From a virus (lineage: Duplodnaviria; Caudoviricetes), in the IMG/VR virus record IMGVR_UViG_3300037420_000764, positions 1 to 42,846 of that record: a stretch of 42,846 bases of DNA. One strand, written 5' to 3'. How positions within the stretch are numbered: the stretch's first letter is position 1; each line of letters opens with the position of its first letter. The position numbers and the translations under genes were made by a program. Positions 1-8,718 of the stretch are shown piece by piece. The notes under the pieces are model-generated. The model was given only the letters and a program-made list of their open reading frames with translations, had not been told where the DNA came from and made no database searches.

Positions 1-253
1 TCCCCAACACCGCCCACGCCATCGAATGGATCAGGTACAGGCTGGAATCCGTGCCTCCGATAATCACCGTCTTGCCGTCAGGGCCAGTGAAAGTCGCAGC
101 CCCGGTGAACGGTCCAATTCCGCCCGAAATTGCTGCAGTAAATTGTTTCGCCGGCCGATAGCCGTTGGTTCCCGGGTAGCAATTGAGCGCCACGAGAAGG
201 CTTTTTGCGTTCAGTGTCGGTTGGTCCGGCAGCCACTGGCCGAGCGGGATCAT
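1..253 (-). CDS. Tail hub/stabilisation protein, N-terminal part (runs off the window; allele of 40896-42317)
   Basis: Translates as MIPLGQWLPDQPTLNAK..., identical in protein to the start of 40896-42317. Confidence 0.9.
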   Translation of the reverse strand, partial: MIPLGQWLPDQPTLNAKSLLVALNCYPGTNGYRPAKQFTAAISGGIGPFTGAATFTGPDGKTVIIGGTDSSLYLIHSMAWAVLG

Positions 254-630
254 GGCTGCGGTCCCGGAAGCACAAGGGTCGCATCAGGCTCGACGTGCTT
301 GAAATAGAGCTGGAGAGCATCTGGCGGCATATTTTGCAGATTGTAGGGACTGGCCTGGAACACCCACCGGCTACCTTTTTGCGTCCATTTCCCGCCAATA
401 GCTCCGTCTACGCCGTGATATTGGCTCTCCTGCGAAAACGTCGGGTGGTTGGGTTTCTTGAATGTGTCGGGAAGATGCCCATTCATTGCCGCGTGAGCAT
501 TTGCTTTCCATGCCCCGCGAAGATCGTAGTCGTGCAGATCGCCCAATCTGCCCATCTTTTGCGCCCACGCCTGAAACATCGCCTCTTCATGCGGATGAAG
601 CGGCGTATTGTATGCGTCTTCCGGGTTCAT
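250..630 (-). CDS. Optional 126-aa hypothetical protein (DYDLRGAW...GHLPDTFKKPNHPTFSQESQY motif)
   Basis: Open frame with ATGA overlaps at both ends; absent from the terminal allele. Confidence 0.85.
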   Translation of the reverse strand: MNPEDAYNTPLHPHEEAMFQAWAQKMGRLGDLHDYDLRGAWKANAHAAMNGHLPDTFKKPNHPTFSQESQYHGVDGAIGGKWTQKGSRWVFQASPYNLQNMPPDALQLYFKHVEPDATLVLPGPQP

Positions 631-1217
631 GTACGGCCCAGTCTCGGCGCCAGAGGAGCTGCGCCCAGTCTGCGCCTTTCGCCATCGGTCCTCAGTTCCT
701 GGATGGCTTCGTCAAAGACGGACTTGAACAGTTGAATGCGCTCGTCGAACCAGCCGTAGACATGGGCCTGCAGGAGACATCCGTAGAGGTACAGGTCCGG
801 TGCTCGGGTCAGCAGCCAGTTGGTGGGGGTGGAAACCGTCAAGGCGGGTATTTTGCGGGTGTAGAGCATGGTCACCCCGGAACCCGTTGCCGGGATAGGA
901 GCGAACGCCAGTTGACCGTCGAAGATGCCGTATGTTGAGGGAATGCCGGATATGGACGGAAAGCCGCTGAAATCGGCCGCCGTGGCTTGGTTCAGGCGAT
1001 ACGTTCCGACATTGACCGCGCGCATCTCGCCAAAATCGTCGGGGAGACCGAGATACTGTCCAGCCGTGACTGCGGTTGCGATGACCTCCATGTCGGGATC
1101 GTCGAGCAGCCGGTTCAACCTGGCTTCGTTCAGTTCGACGAAACGCGGAATATGCGTCGTGTAGTCGGTGCGCTTGAGCCACGCCTCCAGATCCGCGACA
1201 AGGTCGGAATATGTCAT
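627..1217 (-). CDS. Head-tail adaptor protein
   Basis: TYSDL...WLKR.D...IPRFVELNEARLNR and TNWLLTRAPDLYLYGCL motifs typical of podoviral adaptors; lies between capsid and tail hub. Confidence 0.75.
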   Translation of the reverse strand: MTYSDLVADLEAWLKRTDYTTHIPRFVELNEARLNRLLDDPDMEVIATAVTAGQYLGLPDDFGEMRAVNVGTYRLNQATAADFSGFPSISGIPSTYGIFDGQLAFAPIPATGSGVTMLYTRKIPALTVSTPTNWLLTRAPDLYLYGCLLQAHVYGWFDERIQLFKSVFDEAIQELRTDGERRRLGAAPLAPRLGRT

Positions 1218-1543
1218 CAGTAGAGCTTCTTCTGCGTTTTGTAGGCAAGGCGGCTATATTCCTGTCCGAACCTCACCCACTCGTGGTCATATTCCTGGCT
1301 GTACAGAAACCGCTCCCACGGAATCCCGCGCTTGCGGCAGAACTCCATCGCTACCGTGATCGGCACCTCGAAGGCGGGAACGCCCAGCCCCGGAACCTCA
1401 TGCACGCCGCCAAGATTGGCAGCCGCTACATAGTCCATGATCGGCTCGGCATCCTGCGTATGGCGGACGCCAACTGTGTCGCCGTCGAACTCGAAGGTTT
1501 CGGTGACGCCATCCGCCACGTCTTTCGTGAGGATTTTGGGCAT
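1217..1543 (-). CDS. Hypothetical protein downstream of major capsid
   Basis: GGAGG RBS, coupled to the adaptor gene, QDAEPIMD motif. Confidence 0.75.
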   Translation of the reverse strand: MPKILTKDVADGVTETFEFDGDTVGVRHTQDAEPIMDYVAAANLGGVHEVPGLGVPAFEVPITVAMEFCRKRGIPWERFLYSQEYDHEWVRFGQEYSRLAYKTQKKLY

Positions 1544-1575
1544 GAAGCCTCCGATGAATTGTGCTAGTTAGGGGC

Positions 1576-1812
1576 ATGGAAAAAATTCCCATGCGCTCAG
1601 TGCTCATGACCGAGTTCGGCGAATACGAAGTTCCGCCCTCAGTCGCCGCGAAGATCGAACGCTTCCCAAAGAAGCGCCACTGGAGCCCCTACACTGAGGA
1701 ATTGATCGAGTGGCAGCCTATGACCGGCCCGGTTCTGGCTCGCTATTACCGCCTTGTTCAGCGGCATATGCAGCGTCAGTGGCTTGCAGAAGACGTTGGG
1801 GCGGCAGCCTAA
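1576..1812 (+). CDS. Small antisense (moron-like) hypothetical protein
   Basis: Fills the gap between late genes on the opposite strand; TGCTAGTTA -10-like element just before the ATG. Confidence 0.5.
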   Translation: MEKIPMRSVLMTEFGEYEVPPSVAAKIERFPKKRHWSPYTEELIEWQPMTGPVLARYYRLVQRHMQRQWLAEDVGAAA

Positions 1813-1823
1813 GCCACCGCCCC
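1798..1823 (-). terminator. Hairpin after the major capsid gene (attenuator or bidirectional terminator)
   Basis: GGGGCGGTGGC-TTAG-GCTGCCGCCCC; no strong U tract. Confidence 0.5.
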
Positions 1824-1830
1824 GTTACGC

Positions 1831-2778
1831 TTACGTCAGATCCGCAATGATCGCATTGCCGGCTTCCTGCAGAGATTCTAGCGTCGTCTCAGTGAGCACG
1901 ACACCTTTCTCTGAATCACCAGTTTTTGCGATATCGATACCTTGCACCGGACGCAGAACGGCCTCTGCCCACAGGTCCGGATCGAGCACGAACACTTCGC
2001 GATCGGCAGTCGTCTGGCCGCCACGAACGAACCTGTCCGCGGTAATCTTGACCGTGCCGAAGTCCCCGACATAGGTCGTGATGGTCGTGGACAGCTTGTC
2101 CGCGCTCATCTGCTGGAACTTGGTGCCGCCACCGGTGAAGGTGGAGACAACCGCCCTTTGCTTGGGACCGGCAAGGAGCATCGAGGGAGAACCGCCCTGA
2201 CCCCAGGCCGACTGCATCGCAGTCACCAGCATCGCTTCCGTGAAGGTCCGCTGGGTGCCGTCCGTCGCCGCAGCCGAGGACGTGCCGTTGGCACCGCCCG
2301 CACCGCGGGACGTGTTGGTCGTGATCCACCCGCAGACAGGACGCATCTGCGGAGCCGTCGAGGAGTTGCCCGTTACCGGCGCCTGGTTGGACAGGAACAC
2401 GAACTCGCGGTCGCGGTAGAGCTCTTTGCGCTTGTTCGCCATCTGGCGCACGAGCTCGGAGTTGCGGCCGGCCTTGTCCACGGCTTCCTGCGTGCCCGAG
2501 ATGATGACTTCCTTGCGCATGATCTGCGTGCGGTTGCCAACGCGGGTGGTCAGGATTGCCGAGCCGAAGGTAACGTCATCGCCCTGAAGCTGCGCGTTCT
2601 GAGCGGCAGTGGAGAGCGCTTCGGTCTGCCATTCGTGAAGCGTGGCTTTTGCCTTCGACTTGCCGATTGCCGACGAAAACGGAACGTCGGTCGGGCTGAT
2701 GTTGGTGATCTTGTCGAGCAAATCCTCACGGTTGCCGACAGCGGAAAAGGTCAAAAGTGTATTGGTTGGAACGGCCAT
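1831..2778 (-). CDS. Major capsid protein (DUF5309/SU10-type)
   Basis: GNREDLLDKITNISPTDVPF...HEWQTEAL...GNRTQI...AKTGDSEK motifs; follows the scaffold gene. Confidence 0.9.
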   Translation of the reverse strand: MAVPTNTLLTFSAVGNREDLLDKITNISPTDVPFSSAIGKSKAKATLHEWQTEALSTAAQNAQLQGDDVTFGSAILTTRVGNRTQIMRKEVIISGTQEAVDKAGRNSELVRQMANKRKELYRDREFVFLSNQAPVTGNSSTAPQMRPVCGWITTNTSRGAGGANGTSSAAATDGTQRTFTEAMLVTAMQSAWGQGGSPSMLLAGPKQRAVVSTFTGGGTKFQQMSADKLSTTITTYVGDFGTVKITADRFVRGGQTTADREVFVLDPDLWAEAVLRPVQGIDIAKTGDSEKGVVLTETTLESLQEAGNAIIADLT

Positions 2779-2782
2779 CGCC

Positions 2783-3820
2783 TTATTCCTTCATGAGTTC
2801 TTCGATGACGAAATTGACGCGTCCCTCCCGGTTCTGTTTGGGTGGGATGCGCCGCGAGGAGCGCGATGAGTCCGAAGCGTCGGAAGTCAGTGGCTTGACC
2901 TGTGACTTGGGAACGACCTTCTTTGACGGAAGGCCCTGTTTCGCCCTTTGCAGAGCGTCCCAGCGGCGGGCCTTGTCGGCGAGCGTCAACACACGATCAT
3001 CGATCGCTTCGTTGATCTCGTCCGGTGAGAAGCCCGTTTCTCGTAAATAGCCGATGTTGTCCGTCGCAAAGCGTTGGAAGCTTTCTTCCGTCGCCAGTTC
3101 CGGCATGGCCGCCACGATCTTGTCGGCCGCGGTTGCCAGGCGCTGCTGATATTCAGCCTGCGCTGCTTCCTTGGCCTTTTCAGCCTGCTGCTGCTCGGTT
3201 TGCCTGATTTGCTCCCGGTGCTGCTCAATCAGAGCGAGCCGCTGTGACACGGCATCGCTGTATTGAACGAACGTAGCGGGATCCTCTGCCTTCAGGCGGT
3301 CCCAGTCGATCTGACGGGCCTCCGAAAGCACCGGATCAAGCGCCTCGAACACGTCAACTTTTTGCTTCAGCTCATTCGCATACTGAGCCTTCACGTCCTG
3401 CTCGATCGTGGCTTTCTGGGCCTCGACCTGCCGGCGCTCGTCAGCCAGTGCCATCGTCTTGGCTTTGTAGTCCTCGGTGCGGCTGTAGCCATTCAGCAGC
3501 TCGGACAAAGGAACCTCAATTTCCTCGCCGTTGACCTTCACCTTGTGGATCGGGTCTTCAGTTGGTTCCTGTTCCGGCTCTTCCTGGGTAGCTTCCTCGG
3601 ATTCCTCTTCCGGTTCGATGGGGTCGGTCGCGCTTTCCTCGGTTTCGGGGTCCGTTTCAGGTTGTCCCTCGTCCTCGGTACTCTTGACCAGTTCCGCAAC
3701 GACCTCTTCGGTCGCGTCGGCTTGGGGTTTGCCTGTCGCCAGTTCCGACAATACTTCGTCCATCGGTGACGCAGGCGCGTCAACGGGTCCCGTTTCCGGG
3801 GTCGCCGTATCTTCATCCAT
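2783..3820 (-). CDS. Scaffolding protein
   Basis: Acidic N-terminus, KVKVNGEEIEVPLSELLNGYSRTEDYKAKT motif, coiled coil. Confidence 0.85.
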   Translation of the reverse strand: MDEDTATPETGPVDAPASPMDEVLSELATGKPQADATEEVVAELVKSTEDEGQPETDPETEESATDPIEPEEESEEATQEEPEQEPTEDPIHKVKVNGEEIEVPLSELLNGYSRTEDYKAKTMALADERRQVEAQKATIEQDVKAQYANELKQKVDVFEALDPVLSEARQIDWDRLKAEDPATFVQYSDAVSQRLALIEQHREQIRQTEQQQAEKAKEAAQAEYQQRLATAADKIVAAMPELATEESFQRFATDNIGYLRETGFSPDEINEAIDDRVLTLADKARRWDALQRAKQGLPSKKVVPKSQVKPLTSDASDSSRSSRRIPPKQNREGRVNFVIEELMKE

Positions 3821-3835
3821 GTAGATTTTCCTTGG

Positions 3836-4081
3836 TTACGGGCGAACTGCTCGCCGCGCCTCAATAAGTCCGTTGTCGATCACGCCTTTCAGCGTCTCGC
3901 GAACCCGCCTCGATGCCTTCAGAGCATGATAGGCCATCTCGCGGTTCTCATGGTCGCCCATTCCGGTTGCGGCCCACGCCTGGATCGCCGCGTCCTCAAT
4001 GCTGTCGAGGCATTCGTTGAGCAGCGTGTCTTCGAGCAAACGCTTGGCGTGCTCTGCGCGGGCTACAGCGTCGCTCACCAC
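3836..4081 (-). CDS. Hypothetical protein (portal-scaffold interval)
   Basis: 81-aa helical ORF within the operon. Confidence 0.75.
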   Translation of the reverse strand: MVSDAVARAEHAKRLLEDTLLNECLDSIEDAAIQAWAATGMGDHENREMAYHALKASRRVRETLKGVIDNGLIEARRAVRP

Positions 4082-4275
4082 TCACCGTCCCGACCGAAGC
4101 CCATAGGACGCGGAGAGCGCCAGATTTCCTTGCCCTTACTGTCAAGCAGTCCCGTAAAGCTTGGCTTATGCTCAGGAACGTCAACGCTCGGCAGGAGCGG
4201 GTCGGTGAACCAAGTGTCTTCCGCCGAGCCCGGAAGCGTGCCTTCTGCGCGTGGTCGTGAGAAGTAGCGGCTCAT
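4075..4275 (-). CDS. Hypothetical protein
   Basis: 66 aa; ATGA overlap with the portal stop. Confidence 0.6.
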   Translation of the reverse strand: MSRYFSRPRAEGTLPGSAEDTWFTDPLLPSVDVPEHKPSFTGLLDSKGKEIWRSPRPMGFGRDGEW

Positions 4276-6350
4276 TGCGGCATATCCGGAGGCATCATGC
4301 CAGTGTCGAACTCATCGCCTTGCGGAATAGGCTCGTTGACGGGCATATAAGGCGCCTCGGGGGGCATTTGCGGCTGTTCAGGCATCGGAGGGCCATTTTC
4401 CTGCGGCGGCGTTCCTTGGGCCGTTTGCGGGGCTGAGAATGCGTCAAGCAGGGCCTGCAACTCCGGCGGAACCTCCATTCCGGCTATTTTCAGCTTAGTT
4501 TCGTTGTTGATGCGGGCTATTTCGATGTCGGCCAACGCCTTGATGCGGACCTTCTCGATCTCCGCATCTGCTTTCGCTCTCTCGGCAGCCATCGGATCAT
4601 CTGGGCTTTCGCCAGCTTCCGGTTGGTCTTCGGGGGAGTCAAAGTAGTTCTCCACGCCCTTGAAGCCCATTGCCTCCACCAGCCTCTTCAGAGCTTCATA
4701 TACGTTCTTGAGAGTGACCAATGGTCCACTCGCTCCGCCCTGAAGTTCGATGATTTCCTTCATGATGTTCAAGAGATTGGTAAGCTGGGCAACCTGCTGA
4801 TCCTTATTGCCTGTGCCGAGGCCAACCGACACAGACATGTCGTAGCCTTCTTTCCAATGGGTCGGATCGAACTCCACCCATTTACCAAGAAGGCGGACTA
4901 CCTGCTTCTTGTCGAGATGCCGGCAGACCAACCCAAGCATCTTGCGGAAGATCGCCTTCATGCCCTCCGCAAGGTGACGGGCGATCAGTTCCTGCCGCTG
5001 GGTTGAAGCGTTCTGAATAATTGAAATGCCGGTCGCCGTCTTGTTGAGCGAATTGGCGTCCATCCCTTGGTTATAGCGGGTGGATCCGGTTCTCTGCTCT
5101 CGGATGGTGGCGATCTGCTCCATCATCACCATCGACTGCTGGATCACCCCCTCTCCGCCTGTGGTGATCTCGCGGACCATGCCGGGGGCTTTCACCCTGA
5201 CCAGTCCGCCGACCGCCGGATTTAGCAGATCCTCGAAGTTGACCTGTCCCTCGACCACTTCTCTCTGCGGCCGGTTCGCGAGATAGAGCGCGTTCAGCGT
5301 CTCCCTGAGCAGCGCAGTGCCCTGCATCTGGAGATCGCGGACCAGATCGAAAACCGAAAGACCAACCAGCTTGTGAGGAACCGGAATCGGGGTCCAGGCA
5401 CAATAAGGATGATCGTCGGCCTCCTCGTTGAGAACAATGTCATTCCCGTTGGCTCCGATGAATACCTTGCGCCAGCCAAGCGTCCCGACCCCCTCGTAAT
5501 CGCAGCGGATGTAGCACTCATCCACCGTAACCAAACGGGCGAGATCGTCATCCTGGTCGTTGTCGTCGCGGCGGTCCTCGAAATCGAACCGGTCGTCGGC
5601 GTCCTGATCGTCTTTATCGCCAGACTTGAGCTTGAGCACCTTGGCCTTCGGGAGACCCATCGCGATCCAGTCGCCCACTGGTTTAGTAGCGCGGTGAGCG
5701 AAGAACCGGCCCTCTTCCAGATTTGCCAGACGGCTCTCGAACAGGAACTCATCGGGAGCAATCACATAGACCTTGAACATCGGCCGCTCTACCGTGTGCG
5801 AACAGCGGACCTCAAGCGTTCCGTCATCGGCCTGCATCACGTCACCAATGATCTCATGCTCATCATCGGCTTCCAGCGCCAGCACGTCTTCAGGCGTCAG
5901 TCCGGTGTATGTCTCCAATTGCTCGTCAGAGACAGTCTCGTAGACGACCTTCGCTATCCCCAACCGATAGAGCAGCCCGTCCTTGGTGAAGTCATACACC
6001 ACCCGAACCGCGTCGTTGTGGTTCTGGAACAGGTAGTTGATGTATTCGGTGGCCTGCTTGGCGGGTTCTTCATCCTCGGGACCGGTAGGCTCGAAGCGAA
6101 CCATCTCGTCGCCGGCAATGAACGGCTTTACCAGGCTGGGAAGGATGCTCTCGATCGCCTCCATCACGTCGCGGGAAACGACCGTTGACAGGCCATCACC
6201 CGAGTTGCCGTAGAGGTCGAGGTTATCGCCGCGGTAGAATTGCTGCGCTTCCCTACGGTCATTGGAGCGCGTGTCGGTCAGATGCTTGAGCGAGGCGTCC
6301 CTGCGCCGCGAAACAAGGTCCCGCAGATCGGCCTCGCTCATTTTGCTCAT
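4272..6350 (-). CDS. Portal protein
   Basis: 692 aa; VVSRDVMEAIE, FEPTGPEDEE.AKQATEYINY, RTGSTRYNQG, SVSVGLGTG motifs. Confidence 0.9.
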   Translation of the reverse strand: MSKMSEADLRDLVSRRRDASLKHLTDTRSNDRREAQQFYRGDNLDLYGNSGDGLSTVVSRDVMEAIESILPSLVKPFIAGDEMVRFEPTGPEDEEPAKQATEYINYLFQNHNDAVRVVYDFTKDGLLYRLGIAKVVYETVSDEQLETYTGLTPEDVLALEADDEHEIIGDVMQADDGTLEVRCSHTVERPMFKVYVIAPDEFLFESRLANLEEGRFFAHRATKPVGDWIAMGLPKAKVLKLKSGDKDDQDADDRFDFEDRRDDNDQDDDLARLVTVDECYIRCDYEGVGTLGWRKVFIGANGNDIVLNEEADDHPYCAWTPIPVPHKLVGLSVFDLVRDLQMQGTALLRETLNALYLANRPQREVVEGQVNFEDLLNPAVGGLVRVKAPGMVREITTGGEGVIQQSMVMMEQIATIREQRTGSTRYNQGMDANSLNKTATGISIIQNASTQRQELIARHLAEGMKAIFRKMLGLVCRHLDKKQVVRLLGKWVEFDPTHWKEGYDMSVSVGLGTGNKDQQVAQLTNLLNIMKEIIELQGGASGPLVTLKNVYEALKRLVEAMGFKGVENYFDSPEDQPEAGESPDDPMAAERAKADAEIEKVRIKALADIEIARINNETKLKIAGMEVPPELQALLDAFSAPQTAQGTPPQENGPPMPEQPQMPPEAPYMPVNEPIPQGDEFDTGMMPPDMPQ

Positions 6351-6601
6351 TAGTCGAGCTTCGCCTTCAGCTTCGGCCGCTGCGGTGCGGGGGCGATATT
6401 CGTAACCTTGCCGCCGCCATTGGCTGCCAGCGCCTTGCTTGCCGCCTCGTCACCAGTCGCCGCCTCGACATCGACGAAGGACATCCCGCCTTCCGAGTTC
6501 CTGTATTGAACGCGGTAGGTCTGGACGCCCGAAGGAGGCCAGGCCTTGAAGCCAAGCGCCTCCCTCTCTTCTGGCGTTGCGGCTGCTTCGTGATCGCTCA
6601 C
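6350..6601 (-). CDS. Hypothetical protein (paralog of 6598-7104 domain)
   Basis: 83 aa, translationally coupled; contains GDEAASKALA. Confidence 0.7.
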   Translation of the reverse strand: MSDHEAAATPEEREALGFKAWPPSGVQTYRVQYRNSEGGMSFVDVEAATGDEAASKALAANGGGKVTNIAPAPQRPKLKAKLD

Positions 6602-7104
6602 TGGCCGAGCTCCTTGATGTCGGCCTTGGCGAGCTTCTTCGTCGCTTCGGCATTGGCCTCCGTCCCGAGCGTGTTGATGATGTTGCCATCATTCTGCGCG
6701 TTGCGGAGCATGTTGGCCGCCTCACGCTCGCCACCAAGGCTGTTGGGATCGGGGTCCGAATAAGGCTGGACACCCCGAACACTGGCGCCCTTGTAATTGT
6801 ATTTCGCCAGCGCCTTGGAAGCGGCTTCGTCGCCACTCTCGGCATCGATCGGCTCGACAACCTCAAGGCCCTTCTCATCGGTGTGGATCTGCACCGAATA
6901 CTGGAGCTTCTTGGTGACTTCGGAAGCTTCGTCCGAGCCCTGTCCGCCCTTCAGCGCCGACTTCGGGCCTGCGCCCTTGCCGCCGTCCGCCGTGCGCAGT
7001 TCCGGTGCAACCGGAGCCGTTGCCCGCTCGTGAGCAGCCTGTGCTTCTCTCGTGCGCTGGTCATCTGCCGCCTTCGGGGAGGGCGGTCCCTTGTCTTCTG
7101 CCAT
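6598..7104 (-). CDS. Hypothetical protein
   Basis: 168 aa, GAAGGAAGGA RBS; contains GDEAASKALA. Confidence 0.75.
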   Translation of the reverse strand: MAEDKGPPSPKAADDQRTREAQAAHERATAPVAPELRTADGGKGAGPKSALKGGQGSDEASEVTKKLQYSVQIHTDEKGLEVVEPIDAESGDEAASKALAKYNYKGASVRGVQPYSDPDPNSLGGEREAANMLRNAQNDGNIINTLGTEANAEATKKLAKADIKELGQ

Positions 7105-7124
7105 CAGTTAGTTCCTTCCTTCAC

Positions 7125-8417
7125 TTAGACCACCCGGATTCGGGTCTTGATTGGGGCACTCCACCCCTGTTCGCTTGGTTCTTCATGGCTAATGCACATC
7201 AGGCCGAAAGCGTCGGCACCGTGCGATGACCAGTCATGCTCAGGTCCCAGCCCTATTCCCCGGACTTCATCCTTGCGCTCGTGATAGGCCCCAAGGGCGT
7301 CGAGGCCCGGCTGCACCTTGGGCTCGTTGAACCAGATGTTTGAGAATTTCCTGCGTCCAGCCTCGACCCGCTGCATTGCGGCGCCGCGTCCCTGGTTCGG
7401 AATGACCCGGACTTCAAACCCTGCCCGCTTCAGCTCGCTCTCGTAAGTAACGTCGAAAACAGCGTCGTGCTTGGCCCCGTCATGAGGTAGAATGCACAGA
7501 GCCTTTCCATATCCGCTATCCCGAAGCCAGTTGACGTGGGTTGCAAGGGGCTGTCCCACTGCCTCGTAATAGTCGAGCACGAGGATCCTGGGACCGACGA
7601 ACTGGGCAATCCATATGGCAACGGCATCGGCCTTTGCTCCCGTGCCCCCGATGTCCCAGATAGCCCGCGTCGTCATCAGCGGGTCAGGGCTAATCTGGGT
7701 AATCCGACCCGCAGCTTTCGCCTCGGTCAGCGACGACGCGTAATAGGCTCCCTCAGTCACTCGCCGGAACTCACCCTCCCAGATATGCGCATAGCTGTCT
7801 GGCCTCTCCGCCAAATCCTTCAGACGGCGGCGGTTCAAAATCTCCGGAAACCACGGGTTGTCCCGCCAATTCATTTCAACGACCTTGGTCAGCGGGTCGT
7901 TATCCATTCGGAACCGCCTATGGGCTGGCGATTTCTCGCTAGCCGGATTCCACGTCACCCAGTTCTCGCTGTCCTCTTCGCGGAGCGTCGGGATCAGGAT
8001 TTGCCACGCCTCCTCGACCACATCCTCGCCTTCGTCAGTCCAGTTAAGGAGAATGCGCGCCTTTGACTTTACGCTGTTGATGTTGCGGTCGAGCCCGCTG
8101 AACACATACTCAATGCGCTTGCTTTGCGTCCTGATGTAGCGATCGCCGATGTCGAAATAGGGCAGCATCCAAGGCGTTGTCTCGATCGCCGCCTTCACTT
8201 CCGCGAACGATGACTCAGCCAAACTATTCATGAACTGCCGAGTACAAGTCACGATGCCCGACCGACCAGCATGATCCCACATGATCGTTCTCGCCGCGGT
8301 CATCTTGGCGAACGAACGAGTTTTGGCCGAACCCCTTCCTCCGTAGGCTCCTCTTGTGTCCGCCTTACCCTGGAATACCGGGATCAGCTTTGGCGGCAGC
8401 TCAATCGTTTGACGCAT
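7125..8417 (-). CDS. terL: Terminase large subunit (PBSX/P22-like)
   Basis: Walker A YGGRGSAKT, Walker B WTDEG, TWNP, nuclease WDIG and SHGADAF. Start taken at MRQTIELPPK. Confidence 0.93.
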   Translation of the reverse strand: MRQTIELPPKLIPVFQGKADTRGAYGGRGSAKTRSFAKMTAARTIMWDHAGRSGIVTCTRQFMNSLAESSFAEVKAAIETTPWMLPYFDIGDRYIRTQSKRIEYVFSGLDRNINSVKSKARILLNWTDEGEDVVEEAWQILIPTLREEDSENWVTWNPASEKSPAHRRFRMDNDPLTKVVEMNWRDNPWFPEILNRRRLKDLAERPDSYAHIWEGEFRRVTEGAYYASSLTEAKAAGRITQISPDPLMTTRAIWDIGGTGAKADAVAIWIAQFVGPRILVLDYYEAVGQPLATHVNWLRDSGYGKALCILPHDGAKHDAVFDVTYESELKRAGFEVRVIPNQGRGAAMQRVEAGRRKFSNIWFNEPKVQPGLDALGAYHERKDEVRGIGLGPEHDWSSHGADAFGLMCISHEEPSEQGWSAPIKTRIRVV

Positions 8418-8682
8418 CGGGCGCGACCAGCGCAATCTCCGTAAGGATGCTGATCGGATTATCGGGATCGCCACTCACTTGCATCGGCAGGACCTTGCCG
8501 ACCAGCGTCAGGAATGCCGTCGGATTCACCTCGGACTGGGTGATGAGGTAATCGACACCACCAGCCTTATCGAGCGCCTGAACGATCATGTCCTTGATCG
8601 CTGCGGTTTGCTTGTTCGGCGAACCCTTGGGGCGGCCCTTTCCAGCATTGCCCCTATTCGCGCCTATTTTAGGCTCGGCCAT
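8401..8682 (-). CDS. terS: Terminase small subunit
   Basis: GRPKGSPNK motif and NPTAFLTLVGKVLP; immediately upstream of terL. Confidence 0.75.
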   Translation of the reverse strand: MAEPKIGANRGNAGKGRPKGSPNKQTAAIKDMIVQALDKAGGVDYLITQSEVNPTAFLTLVGKVLPMQVSGDPDNPISILTEIALVAPDASND

Positions 8683-8718
8683 ACAGCCTCCTCGCGGGTC
8701 CGTTGCCGGGTCGCCGCT

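Larger units (their letters stand above)
1..1159. repeat. Terminal duplicated locus, allele A (with 377-bp insert)
   Basis: 1-254 aligns to 42065-42318 and 631-1159 aligns to 42318-42846. 1-76 and 1033-1159 are identical to the other copy; about 42 substitutions lie between them. Confidence 0.95.

Noticed and set aside
1-1159. Physical direct terminal repeat or tandem prophage
   Set aside because: The copies differ by about 42 substitutions and a whole gene, and end in k-mer-sized identity, which fits two alleles better. Not excluded without reads.
1942-2796. Long antisense or alternate-frame ORFs (also 5373-6188, 8479-9273, 22024-23046, 30932-31687, 41622-42422)
   Set aside because: Shadows of well-supported genes in GC-rich DNA, with no motifs or RBS.
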